Assembly: GCA_020052615.1 (NCBI GenBank)
Contig: JAGVOT010000128.1
Span: 72,250-136,249, forward strand
Reading direction: 5' to 3'
Source: Nitrospirota bacterium
GTDB taxonomy: Bacteria > Nitrospirota > UBA9217
DNA: 64,000 nt
The notes below the pieces were generated by a model. It searched no databases, was not told the origin of the DNA, and saw only the letters and a list, made by a program, of their open reading frames with translations. Shown here piece after piece: positions 49,404 through 59,616 of this stretch. Numbering within the stretch: position 1 is the stretch's first letter; each line of letters opens with the position of its first letter. Position numbers and translations under genes: made by a program.

Positions 49404-49724
49404 TCTCCTGATGCTCCCCCATGAAGATCACGCAAACATGCGAATTCACGGAAACTTTATCACAGAGGGGCGTTATTTGCAAAATGTTTTTTGATCGGGA
49501 CCGTTCCGTTGCGTCACGGCCGTAGATCACATCCCCGAACCCTTTCCCTGCGGGCAGGAAGGTTCGCACCGATCCTCTTTTTTCACCCCTTTGGCTTTAC
49601 ATTCACCCCATGGCTTTGCTATAATGAGCGTCGTATGGAAAAGGCCTCTCCGCCAACGATGGATGATTTGGAAAGAGAGCTCGGGCAAAGACATAATCAT
49701 TCTCACTACACGGGGGTAAGCATC

Positions 49725-50153
49725 ATGAAAGTACGGGATCTGCTGGATTCAAAAGGGAAGGATATCGTGTCCATAGACGTTAACAGTTCAGTCGATGATG
49801 CCATACGTTCCATGAACGCCCGGAAGATCAGCGCCATCATGGTGACCGAGCAGGGAAAGACCGTGGGGATATTCACGGAGCGCGACGTCGTGCGGAGCTA
49901 TATCACCTCAAACGGAAAGAGCTTCAAGGATGCCAAGGTCCGGGACGCCATGGTGACCAACCTCATCGTGGCGGTTCCTGACGACGAGTTGAGCGATATC
50001 AGTTCGATCATGGTCGAGAAGAACATCCGCCACCTGCCCGTCCTGGACAACGGCAGGGTCATCGGCATGCTGTCCATCCGCGACATCATCCAGACCCAGG
50101 TCAAGAAGCTCACGGCGGACCTCCATTACCTTCGCGATTATATCGCGGGTTGA
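49725..50153 (+). CDS. CBS-pair domain protein
   Basis: MKVRDLLDS...ISAIMVTEQGKTVGIFTERDVV... and ...IRHLPVLDNGRVIGMLSIRDII, two CBS motifs. GGGGGT RBS. TTTACA-N18-TATAAT promoter-like sequence near 49,596–49,623. Confidence 0.7.
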   Translation: MKVRDLLDSKGKDIVSIDVNSSVDDAIRSMNARKISAIMVTEQGKTVGIFTERDVVRSYITSNGKSFKDAKVRDAMVTNLIVAVPDDELSDISSIMVEKNIRHLPVLDNGRVIGMLSIRDIIQTQVKKLTADLHYLRDYIAG

Positions 50154-50348
50154 TAAGGACCGGTCCCGGTCCGAACAAAGAACATTCTGATCCGGCGGCG
50201 GGAGCAAGATCCCGTCGCCGGTCCTGTTTTATTGCCTCTTTCCCTACCTGCCCTGTCTTCCCTGCAAAACTGTGTTCCTTTTAGTAACATTTTTTCATTG
50301 CAATAATATTTACCTGTGGTATTATTTATCGGTTTATTAATTTTACTT

Positions 50349-50822
50349 ATGGAAAAAACCCTCACAACCCTCCTTAAAAACCACCGTGAATCAGGCGGCA
50401 ACATCATCTCCCTCCTTCAGGAAACGCAGGATGTTTTCGGCTATATACCAAAGGAGGCCGTCGAGTTTTTCTCGGACCAACTCGGCCTCGCACCCAGCCG
50501 GTTCTACGGCGTCGCGACGTTCTACTCCCAGTTCCGCCTGAAGCCGCGGGGCAAGCACGTCGTCACGGTATGCTGCGGGACTGCCTGCCACGTCCAGGGG
50601 TCCGAACGCCTCCTGAACAGCGTCAAACTCGAACTCAAGCTCAACGACGAAGCGGACATGACCGAGGACGGCATGTTCACCCTCGAGAAGGTCAACTGCG
50701 TCGGCGCCTGCGGCATAGCGCCGGTCACTATCATCGACAAGAAGGTCCATGGCAAAGCGGTCTCGGAAAAGATCATCCGGGAGATCCGCGCCATCAAGGG
50801 TCCCCGCGATGCAAAGAAATAA
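50349..50822 (+). CDS. NuoE-like [2Fe-2S] subunit of NAD-dependent formate dehydrogenase/hydrogenase (FdsG/HndA-like)
   Basis: ...VTVCCGTACHVQGSERL...VNCVGACGIAPV... Thioredoxin-like 2Fe-2S Cys pattern of NuoE. Confidence 0.8.
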   Translation: MEKTLTTLLKNHRESGGNIISLLQETQDVFGYIPKEAVEFFSDQLGLAPSRFYGVATFYSQFRLKPRGKHVVTVCCGTACHVQGSERLLNSVKLELKLNDEADMTEDGMFTLEKVNCVGACGIAPVTIIDKKVHGKAVSEKIIREIRAIKGPRDAKK

Positions 50823-52590
50823 CATCGAGATTCGGGTATGCATGGGCACGGGCGGCGTCGCTTCGGGCGGCGCCGAGGTCCTCGCTGCGTTCCGGCAGGA
50901 AGTTGCAGCCTCGGGGATCGCGGCGAGCGTGAAGGAGCACTGTTCGACCCATCAGGTCGGATGCCGGGGCCTGTGCGCCAAGGACGTGCTCGTCGACGTG
51001 GCGATCGACGGCGAGAAGGTCACCTACCAGTTCATCAAGCCGGACATGGTGCCTCGGATCGTCAAGGAACACCTGCTCGAGAACAAGCCGGTGGACGAGT
51101 GGCGCGTCGGCGAGGACTACGAACGGTTCGGCCGGAAGCAGATCAAGGTCGTCCTTGCCGACTGCGGCAGGATCGACCCCGAAGAGATCGATGCGTACAT
51201 CGCCATCGGCGGATATGAGTCCAGCCGCGATGTGCTGTTAAACTGGTATCCCGAAGAGGTCGTCACGGAGATAAAGCAGTCCGGACTCCGGGGGCGTGGC
51301 GGCGCGGGATTTCCCACGGGCCTCAAGTGGGAGCTCGGCAAGAAAGCGCCGGACGACATCAAATACATCATCTGCAACGCCGACGAGGGCGATCCGGGCG
51401 CGTTCATGGACCGCGCCGTCATCGAAGGTAATCCTCACTCGGTCATCGAGGGTATGATCATCGGCGCGTATGCTATCTGCGCTCACCATGGGTACGTATA
51501 CATCCGGGCCGAGTATCCCCTAGCCGTCGAGCGTCTCAAGCGTGCCCTGGACCAGGCGCGGGAGCGAGGCTTCCTCGGCAACCGGCTCTTCGGCTCCAAT
51601 TTCGATTTCGACATCAAGGTCAAGCTCGGCGCGGGCGCATTCGTTTGCGGCGAGGAAACAGCGCTCATCGCTTCCATCGAGGGCCAGCGCGGCATGCCCC
51701 GGCCCAAACCGCCCTTCCCGGTGAACAAAGGCCTGTGGCAGCGGCCCACGGTCATCAACAACGTCGAGACCCTCGCCAACATCCCGACGATCATCCGGAA
51801 GGGCTGTGGATGGTACACATCCTATGGCACCGAAAAATCGCGGGGAACCAAGGTCTTCGCGCTCACCGGCAAGATCAAGAATCCGGGCCTCATCGAGGTC
51901 CCCATGGGCATCACGCTCCGGGAGATCGTCGAGGAGATCGGCGGCGGCATCGCGGGAGGAAAAGCGCTGAAAGCTGTCCAGACCGGCGGCCCATCGGGCG
52001 GGTGCATCCCAGCGAGCATGCTGGACCTGAACGTGGACTACGAGTCACTGGCCAAGGTCGGCTCCATCGTGGGCTCCGGCGGCATGATCGTCCTCGACGA
52101 GGACAACTGCATGGTGAACATGGCGCAGTATTTCGTGAAGTTCACCCAGGAGGAGTCCTGCGGGAAATGCGTCCCCTGCCGCGTCGGCACCAAGCGGCTG
52201 CTCGAGATCCTGGAGCGGATCACCAAGGGTCAGGGCAGGGAGGACGACATCGAGCGGCTTGAAACGCTCTCCGGCGGCATCCGGAACATGTCGCTCTGCG
52301 GCCTCGGCCAGACGGCACCGAATCCCGTGCTCAGCACCATCAAGTATTTCCGCGAGGAATACGAGGCCCACATCCGGGACAAGAAATGTCCGTCCAAGAC
52401 CTGCAAAGCACTGCTCACCTACAGCATCGATGAAAAGCTCTGCAAGGCCTGCGGTGCCTGCCTGCGGGCCTGTCCGGCAGGAGCGATCACGGGCGAGAAG
52501 AAAGTCCCGCACAAGATCGACCAGGCCAAGTGCATAAAATGCGGTAGTTGTTATGACGTCTGCAAGTTCAAATCGGTCATGCGGGACTGA
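50809..52590 (+). CDS. NuoF-like NAD(H)/FMN-binding subunit with a C-terminal 2x[4Fe-4S] ferredoxin domain (FdsB/HndC-like)
   Basis: GRGGAGFPTGLKWE (FMN/NADH site). ESCGKCVPCRVG (4Fe-4S). C-terminal CKACGACLRACP...CIKCGSCYDVC. Confidence 0.85.
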   Translation: MQRNNIEIRVCMGTGGVASGGAEVLAAFRQEVAASGIAASVKEHCSTHQVGCRGLCAKDVLVDVAIDGEKVTYQFIKPDMVPRIVKEHLLENKPVDEWRVGEDYERFGRKQIKVVLADCGRIDPEEIDAYIAIGGYESSRDVLLNWYPEEVVTEIKQSGLRGRGGAGFPTGLKWELGKKAPDDIKYIICNADEGDPGAFMDRAVIEGNPHSVIEGMIIGAYAICAHHGYVYIRAEYPLAVERLKRALDQARERGFLGNRLFGSNFDFDIKVKLGAGAFVCGEETALIASIEGQRGMPRPKPPFPVNKGLWQRPTVINNVETLANIPTIIRKGCGWYTSYGTEKSRGTKVFALTGKIKNPGLIEVPMGITLREIVEEIGGGIAGGKALKAVQTGGPSGGCIPASMLDLNVDYESLAKVGSIVGSGGMIVLDEDNCMVNMAQYFVKFTQEESCGKCVPCRVGTKRLLEILERITKGQGREDDIERLETLSGGIRNMSLCGLGQTAPNPVLSTIKYFREEYEAHIRDKKCPSKTCKALLTYSIDEKLCKACGACLRACPAGAITGEKKVPHKIDQAKCIKCGSCYDVCKFKSVMRD

Positions 52591-52739
52591 GAAGCCGACG
52601 AGGAGAAAAACAAGGACAGATTTTTTTCCACGGAGAGCTCCGAGGACACCGGGATAACAGCGTAAAATATTCGGATTTTATGAATTCCTCTGTGTCCTCT
52701 GTGGCGAAAGGCTTTTGACGTACCAACGAGGAAACAATC

Positions 52740-55439
52740 ATGGTATCGCTCACCATCAACAATAAGAAGGTCTCGGTCCCCGAGGACAGCACCATCCTCG
52801 AAGCGGCGAACAGGAACGGCATCAAGGTCCCGACGCTCTGCCACCATCCCCAGCTCACGCCCTTCGGCGGGTGCCGGCTCTGCGTCGTTTCCGTGAAGGG
52901 CATGCCGAAGCCGGTCGCATCGTGCACCACGACCGTCTCCGAGGGCATGGAAGTCGCAACCTCGACGCCGGAGATCGAAAATTTCCGTAAACTGGTGCTG
53001 GAGTTGATCCTGTCAGATCATCCCAACGACTGCATGACCTGCGAGGCCACGGGCAGCTGCGCCCTTCAGGAGCTCGCCTACGCCTACGGCGTAAAGGGGC
53101 AGGAGTACGCCGGCGAGCGGCGCGTTTATGCCAAGCGCGACGGCAATCCCTTCATCGAGCGGGACATGGAAAAGTGCATTCTCTGCGGCCGGTGCGTCAA
53201 GGTCTGCGACGAGGTGCAGGGCGTCGAAGCCATCGATTTCACCTACCGGGGATTCCGGTCCAAGATATGCCCTTCCTACGAGGACGACCTTGACTGCGAA
53301 TTCTGCGGTCAGTGCGTCTCCGTCTGCCCCACCGGCGCGCTCACCGGCAAGCAGTGGGCCCGGAAGGGACGTTACGAAGGCGTCCGGGAAGTCGACACGA
53401 CCTGCCCCTACTGCGGCACGGGCTGCACCCTCACGGCCCACGTGAAAGGCAACGAGATCGTGCGGGTATCGTCAAAGCCCTGGTCGCCGAACGAAGGCTG
53501 GCTTTGCGTCAAGGGCCGGTTCGGCTACAAGTTCGTGAACAGCCCTGACCGCCTTACCAAGCCGCTTATCCGGAGGGCCAGCGGCGAATTCGAGGAGACC
53601 TCCTGGACCGCTGCGCTGGAGTACACGGCGGCATGGTTCAAAAAGATCCGTGAACAGCATGGAGCGGACGCCATCGGCGGACTCTCCTCGGCACGGTGCA
53701 CCAACGAAGAGAACTACCTCTTTCAGAAATTCATACGCGCAGGCGTCGGCACGAACAATGTCGACCACTGCGCCCGACTCTGACACTCTCCCACGGTGGC
53801 CGGTCTGGCCGCCATCTTCGGTTCCGGCGCCATGACGAACTCCATCCGCGAGATCGAGGGCATGGAGATCATCTTTATCATCGGCTCCAACACCAAGGAG
53901 ACCCACCCCGTCATTGCGAACTGCATGATCAAGGCGTACCGCAAGGGCGCGAAGATCATCGTGGCCGACCCGCGCAGGGTCCCTATGGTGAAGTTCGCCG
54001 AGGTGTTCCTCAAGCTTCGACCGGGCACCGACATCGCCCTCTTGAACGGCATGGCCCACGTCATCGTAAAGGAAGGCCTGCAGAACGACGAGTTCATCCG
54101 TGAAAAGACCGAAGGATTCGACGCCTGGAAGAGCTCGTTGGAGGAGTTCACCCCGGCGAAGACCGAGCAGATCACCGGCATACCGAAGGCCGACATCATC
54201 AAGGCTGCGAAGATGTACGGCCGTTCCCGCAAGGCCGGGGTCTTCTACACCATGGGCATCACCCAGCACACCTGCGGCACGGACAACGTGCGAACCATCG
54301 CCAATCTCGCGACGCTCACCGGGAACATCGGCCGGGAGTTCACCGGGGTGAACCCGCTGCGGGGCCAGAACAACGTTCAGGGCGCATCGGACGCGGCCTG
54401 TCTCCCCAATGTCTTTCCGGGATATCAGAAAGTGGACCTCCCCGAAGTGCGCCGGAAGTTCGAGCAGGCATGGGGCGTCCCGCTCCCGCCCAAACGGGGC
54501 CTCTACGCCACCGAAATGATGACTGCCGCAGTGGACGGCAGCCTGAAAGCGCTGTACATCATGGGCGAAAATCCCGTCATTACCGATCCCAACCAGCACC
54601 ATACCATCAAGGCGCTCGAGAACCTGGAGTTCCTCGTCGTGCAGGACATCTTCATGACCGAGACCGCGTGCCATGCCCATGTCGTGCTGCCGGCGGCATG
54701 CTCCTTCGAAAAGGAAGGGACCTTCTCCAATACCGAGCGGCGCGTCCAGCGTGTTCGCAGGGCGGTCAGCCCTCCCGGCGATGCCCGCGACGACCTCTCC
54801 ATCATCATGGACCTGTCCCGTGCAATGGGTTACCCGATGGACTATCGTTCGCCCGAGCAGGTGCTGGAGGAATTCGGCAGGCTCTGGCCCGCGCTGGCAG
54901 GCATTACCTATGACCGCATCAAGTCGCGGGGGATCGCCTGGCCGTGCCCCTCGAAGGAGCACCCGGGCACGGAATTCCTGTACAAGGACGGATTCGCCAA
55001 AAAGATCCCCTTTATGCCCATTGCGTTCAATCCGCCGGCCGAGGGCGTGTGCGAAAACTACCCCTTCGTGCTCACTACGGGCAGGAACCTGTTCCAGTAC
55101 CATTCCGGCTCCATGTCAAGACGCGTCGAGGCCATCGAGAAGCATGCCGGCGAGGCATATATAGAATTGAACCCCGCCGACGGCGAGAAGATCGGGATCG
55201 CGAACGGGGACATGGTGAGAGTTCGCTCGAGGCGCGGAGACGTGACTATCAGGGCGCGGTTCACGCGGCGGATCTCGGCGGGGACGGTCTTCATCCCCAT
55301 GCATTACCGCGAAGCAGCGGCCAATGTGCTGACGAACGATGCCCTTGATCCCGATGTCATGATCCCCGAGTTCAAGGTCTGCGCGGTGGATATCCTGCCG
55401 ATGGAGAAAATGGCGGCAGAGAAGCCACGACCGGCGTAA
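52740..55439 (+). CDS. fdhA: Formate dehydrogenase catalytic subunit (NuoG-like N-terminus plus molybdopterin domain) with selenocysteine encoded by the in-frame UGA at 53,781–53,783.
   Basis: The two listed ORFs (52,740–53,783 and 53,796–55,439) are in the same frame. Joined they read ...[28 protein letters not shown], the conserved FDH active-site context where Sec/Cys sits. The N-terminus has 2Fe-2S and 4Fe-4S motifs. The C-terminus has molybdopterin-oxidoreductase motifs. Confidence 0.85.
53784..53825 (+). promoter_or_regulatory. Candidate bacterial SECIS hairpin directing Sec insertion at the fdhA UGA
   Basis: Stem GGUGGCC/GGCCGCC with apical loop GGUCU starts 12 nt 3' of the UGA. Spacing and the GGUC loop resemble the E. 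coli fdhF SECIS. Confidence 0.5.
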
Positions 55440-55472
55440 GTTAGCCCTCCCGGCCGCTACACCCAAAATAAA

Positions 55473-55502
55473 AAGAGGCAGCGAATTCGCTGCCTCTTTT
55501 TT
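55473..55502. terminator. Bidirectional rho-independent terminator
   Basis: GAGGCAGCGAATTCGCTGCCTC hairpin flanked by a T-run (TTTTTT) on the plus side and an A-run on the other. Lies between convergent fdhA and the 55,530–55,871 gene. Confidence 0.65.
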
Positions 55503-55529
55503 CATTTTGTCGATGCTGCCTGAGTTGAG

Positions 55530-55871
55530 CTATTCCTCGTCAGGCACCTCGAAATATTTGTTCACCGCGTCGGGGTCCGTATAGGGGTTCGACGGCTTGC
55601 CGGTTTTTTCCAGGTATTCCTTGCTGAAAGCAGGGATCACGCCGGCGCTCCCATCCTCGGGCGATATCATGAACCGATACGATACCAGCTGCCCGAAATT
55701 GTCCATCATGTGCTGCCAGCCCTTTTTGAAGGGCGCACACTCGTTGTTGTAGCACACCCAGAGAAATGTCGTGCCCCAGTCAAGATGCCGCGCATCCATC
55801 TTTTCCATCACCGCTTTGCAGTGCGGGCAGGTCGGCGCTTCCTTGATCTTGTAATCTGCTTCAATCGTCAT
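55530..55871 (-). CDS. Hypothetical Cys-containing small protein
   Basis: AAGGAGG RBS before MTIEADYKIKEAPTCPHCKAVMEK... CxxC plus C...C suggests metal binding. Confidence 0.5.
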   Translation of the reverse strand: MTIEADYKIKEAPTCPHCKAVMEKMDARHLDWGTTFLWVCYNNECAPFKKGWQHMMDNFGQLVSYRFMISPEDGSAGVIPAFSKEYLEKTGKPSNPYTDPDAVNKYFEVPDEE

Positions 55872-56109
55872 GGCAAAAGGACCTCCTTTACAGCAGGTGC
55901 GCATTATACAGCGCAGAGGCGGTCATTTGCAAGAGGTGAAATTATGCAGGAGGGATCGATGCGCTGACGGGGGGGGTCACGCTTCCTGGCGAGTGCAGCG
56001 AGACATCGCGAGTAGATCAATAAAAAGGGCCCACTGCGTTGTACAGTGAGCCCCGATCACGTTCGTTCGATCATAGGTCCCCGTCTATGGGGCTACGCAG
56101 GAAATGAGG

Positions 56110-56472
56110 TCAGCCTCGTACAACCGCCCGGTCCGCCGTCTGGTTCTGAAGCTTCTGCCGCGTCGAGGGAGATGCCTTCAGCTTGTTCAATAAGATGACC
56201 GAAAGGACGAATTTCGGCCCCTCTTCCCGTTTCACCTGCACGTAAAAATCACACTTTTCGCAGTTGTGATATTTCTGGGCAAAGGTGCCCTGTTCTTTTC
56301 CGCCGCAAAGCGTCCCCCCGACGACCCAGCATGCGCGTCCGCCGAACTTTCCATCATGCGTGCCGGTCAACCTCGACTCCATCGCGGTCGGACAGACGCC
56401 AAGCTCCGAGGTTTTGCCGCCTCCGATCTCCCGTCCGCACTTCTTTGCCTCCCAGCAGTTCAGCTTTCCCAC
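56110..56472 (-). CDS. Small cysteine/glycine-rich protein with repeated C-W motifs (2CW-like)
   Basis: MGKLNCWEAKKCGREIGGGKT...GRACWVVGGTLCGG...CEKCDF has repeated N/A-C-W and CG motifs. Function unknown. Confidence 0.4.
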   Translation of the reverse strand: MGKLNCWEAKKCGREIGGGKTSELGVCPTAMESRLTGTHDGKFGGRACWVVGGTLCGGKEQGTFAQKYHNCEKCDFYVQVKREEGPKFVLSVILLNKLKASPSTRQKLQNQTADRAVVRG

Positions 56473-56662
56473 ATTGACCTCCCCGTGAAGGAATATCCCC
56501 GATGCACTGCCAGGGAAAAGTGTTAAGGTTTTATATCAAGAACGCAGAGGGGTGTCAACTATAAATATTTGTATCAAACTATTTTATGTGTTACCACAGG
56601 TAACGCCGTCTTTCCTTGCTTTCACGTTATGTTTGTCTTGATGCAGGGAGGGGCGATCGGGA

Positions 56663-57241
56663 TCAATAGTTCTCTGCGGCTAATTCGAAGTAGGCCTTTG
56701 GGTGAAGACACGCGGGACAGACATCGGGCGCTTCCGTGCCGTCATGGAAATGTCCGCAGTTGCGGCATTTCCAGACAGATGGCTTGTCCTTCCTGAACAC
56801 CCTGCCCTTTTCCACATTTTCCAGCAGCTTCCGGTATCGTTTCTCGTGCTGCACTTCCACCTTGGCGATGGCGCGGAACGCCGCTGCCACCTCCTTGAAC
56901 CCTTCCTGGTCCGCCACGTCGGCAAAGCCGGGATAGAGCTTCGTCCACTCCTCGTTCTCTCCTTCGGCCGCGGCCTTCAGGTTCTCGGCTGTGGTCCCGA
57001 TGCGGCCCGCAGGGAAGGTGGCCGTAAACTCTGCCATGCCGCCCTCAAGGAACTTGAAGAAACGCTTGGCGTGCTCCTTCTCATTGTCCGCGGTTTCCAG
57101 AAAGAGGGCCGCGATCTGCTCGAATCCCTCTTTCTTTGCTGCGCTCGCAAAATAGCTGTAACGGTTCCTGGCCTGCGATTCTCCGGCAAAGGCTGCCAGC
57201 AGGCTCTTCTCGGTCTTCGATCCTTTGATCCCCATAACTTC
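56663..57241 (-). CDS. rbr: Rubrerythrin
   Basis: Ferritin-like diiron E...E-x-x-H motifs ([39 protein letters not shown]). C-terminal rubredoxin-like CRNCGH...[18 protein letters not shown]. Confidence 0.85.
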   Translation of the reverse strand, partial: EVMGIKGSKTEKSLLAAFAGESQARNRYSYFASAAKKEGFEQIAALFLETADNEKEHAKRFFKFLEGGMAEFTATFPAGRIGTTAENLKAAAEGENEEWTKLYPGFADVADQEGFKEVAAAFRAIAKVEVQHEKRYRKLLENVEKGRVFRKDKPSVWKCRNCGHFHDGTEAPDVCPACLHPKAYFELAAENY

Positions 57242-57391
57242 CTCCTCATGCATATGCCACACTTCTCTTTTGAAATATTGAAAACAGTCGCCTCCAGGCA
57301 ATACGGATGAAACAGGATCAGCGACAGTCAATAGTCTGGGTTCTTGTTTTTCACTTCTTACATCTTACATCTTACTTCTTACGCTGCTTTT

Positions 57392-58522
57392 CTATCTCAT
57401 CATCCTTGCCATTTCAGCCCGAGCAATGAAGATATCAAGGCGGGCCAGGAGCCAGGCGCTGATACGTTCCTTGATCTTCTGGAACAGCGGCCGTTCCTTC
57501 CATTCCGCCAAAGAGATCCGGTCGGACTGTGTCAGGTCGCCTTCGAAATCAGTGCGGGCCTGCCGCGCCAGTTCTTCATCATGCACGACCGCGACCAATT
57601 CATTGTTGATCCTGCCGCTCCGCACGTCCATGTTCGCCGAACCGGCCACCACGATGTCATCGATGATCGCGAGCTTGGCATGCATCATGGCAGGGCGGTA
57701 CTCCCAGACTTCCATGCCGGCGCGGAGCAGCCTGCCGTACAGGCCCCGTGCCGCCCAGCGTGCTACGGCCACGTCGCTCCTCTGGGAGAACAGGAGCCGC
57801 ACGCGCACCCCGCGCAGGACGGCACGCTTGAGCGCCCGCAGGATCCTGCCGCTGGGGTAGAAATACCCCATGGCAAGATCGATGCTCCGGCCGGCCCCCC
57901 CGATGAGCTGGCGATAGGCACGCCGCACCGGATGCATGGGGTCCTCGGGGCCGCTCTCGAGGAAGCGCAGGCTGCCGGATTCCGACAGTTCAAGCTTTCC
58001 GCGCCCCTGACGAAGCGAGAGGACCACTTTGCGGAACGGCATCTCGGCCCGCGTCCACATCCGGTCAAAGGAACGCCTGATCCGCTTCACCTCGCTGCCG
58101 GTGATCTCGAAAGCATTGTCCCGCCAGGCCGTTTCGCTGCCGGAACCAAGGAAGTACTCGTCGGCAATGTTCACGCCGCCGATATAGGCTATGCAGTCGT
58201 CCACCAGCAGAAGCTTCCGGTGGTTTCGCAAAAAGAACATGCCGCGCGAGACCGGCCGGAACAGCCTCATCAAGCCGCCGGCGTTCCGCAACCCGTCCCA
58301 GAAGTCCTTCGGAAGGGACCACGAGCCCACGCCGTCCACCATCACCAGGACCTGGACGCCCCTTCTGGCCGCGCTCACCAGACGTTCTCTGAACTCCCTC
58401 CCCGTGCCGTCATCAGCGAAGATATACATTTCAAGCCCAATGAAGGCAGTGGCGCGATCGATGGCTTCGTGCATCGCGGGAAAGATCTCAGAGCCGTTCT
58501 TGAGCAGCCGTATCTTAGCCAT
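57392..58522 (-). CDS. cls: Phospholipase D-family protein (cardiolipin synthase-like, two HKD motifs)
   Basis: NHRKLLLVDD and HAKLAIIDD HKD motifs. Confidence 0.8.
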   Translation of the reverse strand: MAKIRLLKNGSEIFPAMHEAIDRATAFIGLEMYIFADDGTGREFRERLVSAARRGVQVLVMVDGVGSWSLPKDFWDGLRNAGGLMRLFRPVSRGMFFLRNHRKLLLVDDCIAYIGGVNIADEYFLGSGSETAWRDNAFEITGSEVKRIRRSFDRMWTRAEMPFRKVVLSLRQGRGKLELSESGSLRFLESGPEDPMHPVRRAYRQLIGGAGRSIDLAMGYFYPSGRILRALKRAVLRGVRVRLLFSQRSDVAVARWAARGLYGRLLRAGMEVWEYRPAMMHAKLAIIDDIVVAGSANMDVRSGRINNELVAVVHDEELARQARTDFEGDLTQSDRISLAEWKERPLFQKIKERISAWLLARLDIFIARAEMARMMR

Positions 58523-58581
58523 AGAAATGATGACGAGCGATGGCCACAGAGGTCACCGGGGACACAGAGTGGCACAAAAGC

Positions 58582-59061
58582 TCACGTGTTCTCGAAGGTA
58601 TACTCCACCTTTACCTTCATGTCCTTCCGCAGCGAGTGGTACACGGAACAGTACTTCTCCTGGGAAAGGGAAATTGCCCGTTCGATCTTCTTCGCCGTAA
58701 GGGCTGACCCGGTAACGGTGATGACCATGTCGATCGATGTGTAATACTGGGGCGGCGTGGGGTTCCGCTCGCCCATGATGTCCATCTTGTAGGACTTGAT
58801 CCCGCATTTCATCTTCTGGAGGAACGAGACCATGTCGATCCCCATGCAGCCGGCCACGGACAGCAGCAGCGTCTCCGTGGGCGAACAGCCCCATTGCTGC
58901 TGGGCGTCATACTCCACCTCGTAGCCGCGGTTCGTGCGTCCGATGAAGATGAGCTCCTTGTCCCAGGTAAGCGTAGCTTTGTTGACCTGCGAAATCTTCG
59001 ACTTGTAAGCCTCAAGCCCGCCCTCGAGTTCGTGAATTTCCTTTTCTTCGGTCATGACCAC
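58582..59061 (-). CDS. OsmC/Ohr-family peroxiredoxin-like protein
   Basis: ...LLLSVAGCMGIDMVSFL...YCSVYHSL, the two conserved Cys regions of OsmC. Confidence 0.75.
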   Translation of the reverse strand: MVMTEEKEIHELEGGLEAYKSKISQVNKATLTWDKELIFIGRTNRGYEVEYDAQQQWGCSPTETLLLSVAGCMGIDMVSFLQKMKCGIKSYKMDIMGERNPTPPQYYTSIDMVITVTGSALTAKKIERAISLSQEKYCSVYHSLRKDMKVKVEYTFENT

Positions 59062-59101
59062 TCCTCTCTGTTCAAAGTGACTGTTAAGGGGCTTGCCCTG
59101 G

Positions 59102-59407
59102 TCATTCCATCTTCTCCCGGAGCAACCGCATCGCCTCTTCTTCCTTCCCCTCCTCCACTTTCAGCACATAGGTCTTGATGGCGGCCGGCTCCAGCCCGAG
59201 GGAGAACGAATCGTAGGTCGCCCGGATGCCCCGCGATCCGAGATAGCCGACCAGGTCCAGCATCAGGGAGTCATCGAATCCCTGGCCCGTATCCCCCCTA
59301 AGGACATCAATGAACGAAACGTCCTCAACACCGCCGGGCTCGTCAGGCGATCCTGTCTTCCAGGCATCACCGTATTCCCAGTCCTTGTCGTTTTCCTTAT
59401 CTTTCAC
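59102..59407 (-). CDS. Small acidic hypothetical protein (DUF2007-like)
   Basis: 101-aa ORF. Weak resemblance to DUF2007 small regulatory domains. Confidence 0.35.
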   Translation of the reverse strand: MKDKENDKDWEYGDAWKTGSPDEPGGVEDVSFIDVLRGDTGQGFDDSLMLDLVGYLGSRGIRATYDSFSLGLEPAAIKTYVLKVEEGKEEEAMRLLREKME

Positions 59408-59616
59408 GTTCCACCCTGTCCTGCATCCAGGAGCTCAATATAAAATAGTGGCATCGGACTGTCAAACAAAAAGATGTACGTCCGACCGCCCGCAATCCTC
59501 AAGAGAGCTTCCTTATCCCTTTGAGAAGATGGTTGCGCAGGAATGGAAAATCGGCTACAATCGAAACACTATTTTACGGGAATATCCACCCGTTCCAGTG
59601 TCTGAGGAGGTTCCCT

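Noticed and set aside
53472-55103. 543-aa minus-strand ORF antisense to fdhA
   Set aside because: It overlaps the selenocysteine formate dehydrogenase gene whose motifs are unambiguous. It is a GC-rich antisense artefact.
57344-58744. 466-aa plus-strand ORF overlapping the PLD/cardiolipin-synthase and OsmC genes
   Set aside because: It is antisense to two genes with clear catalytic motifs (HKD x2, OsmC Cys). It has no motifs of its own.
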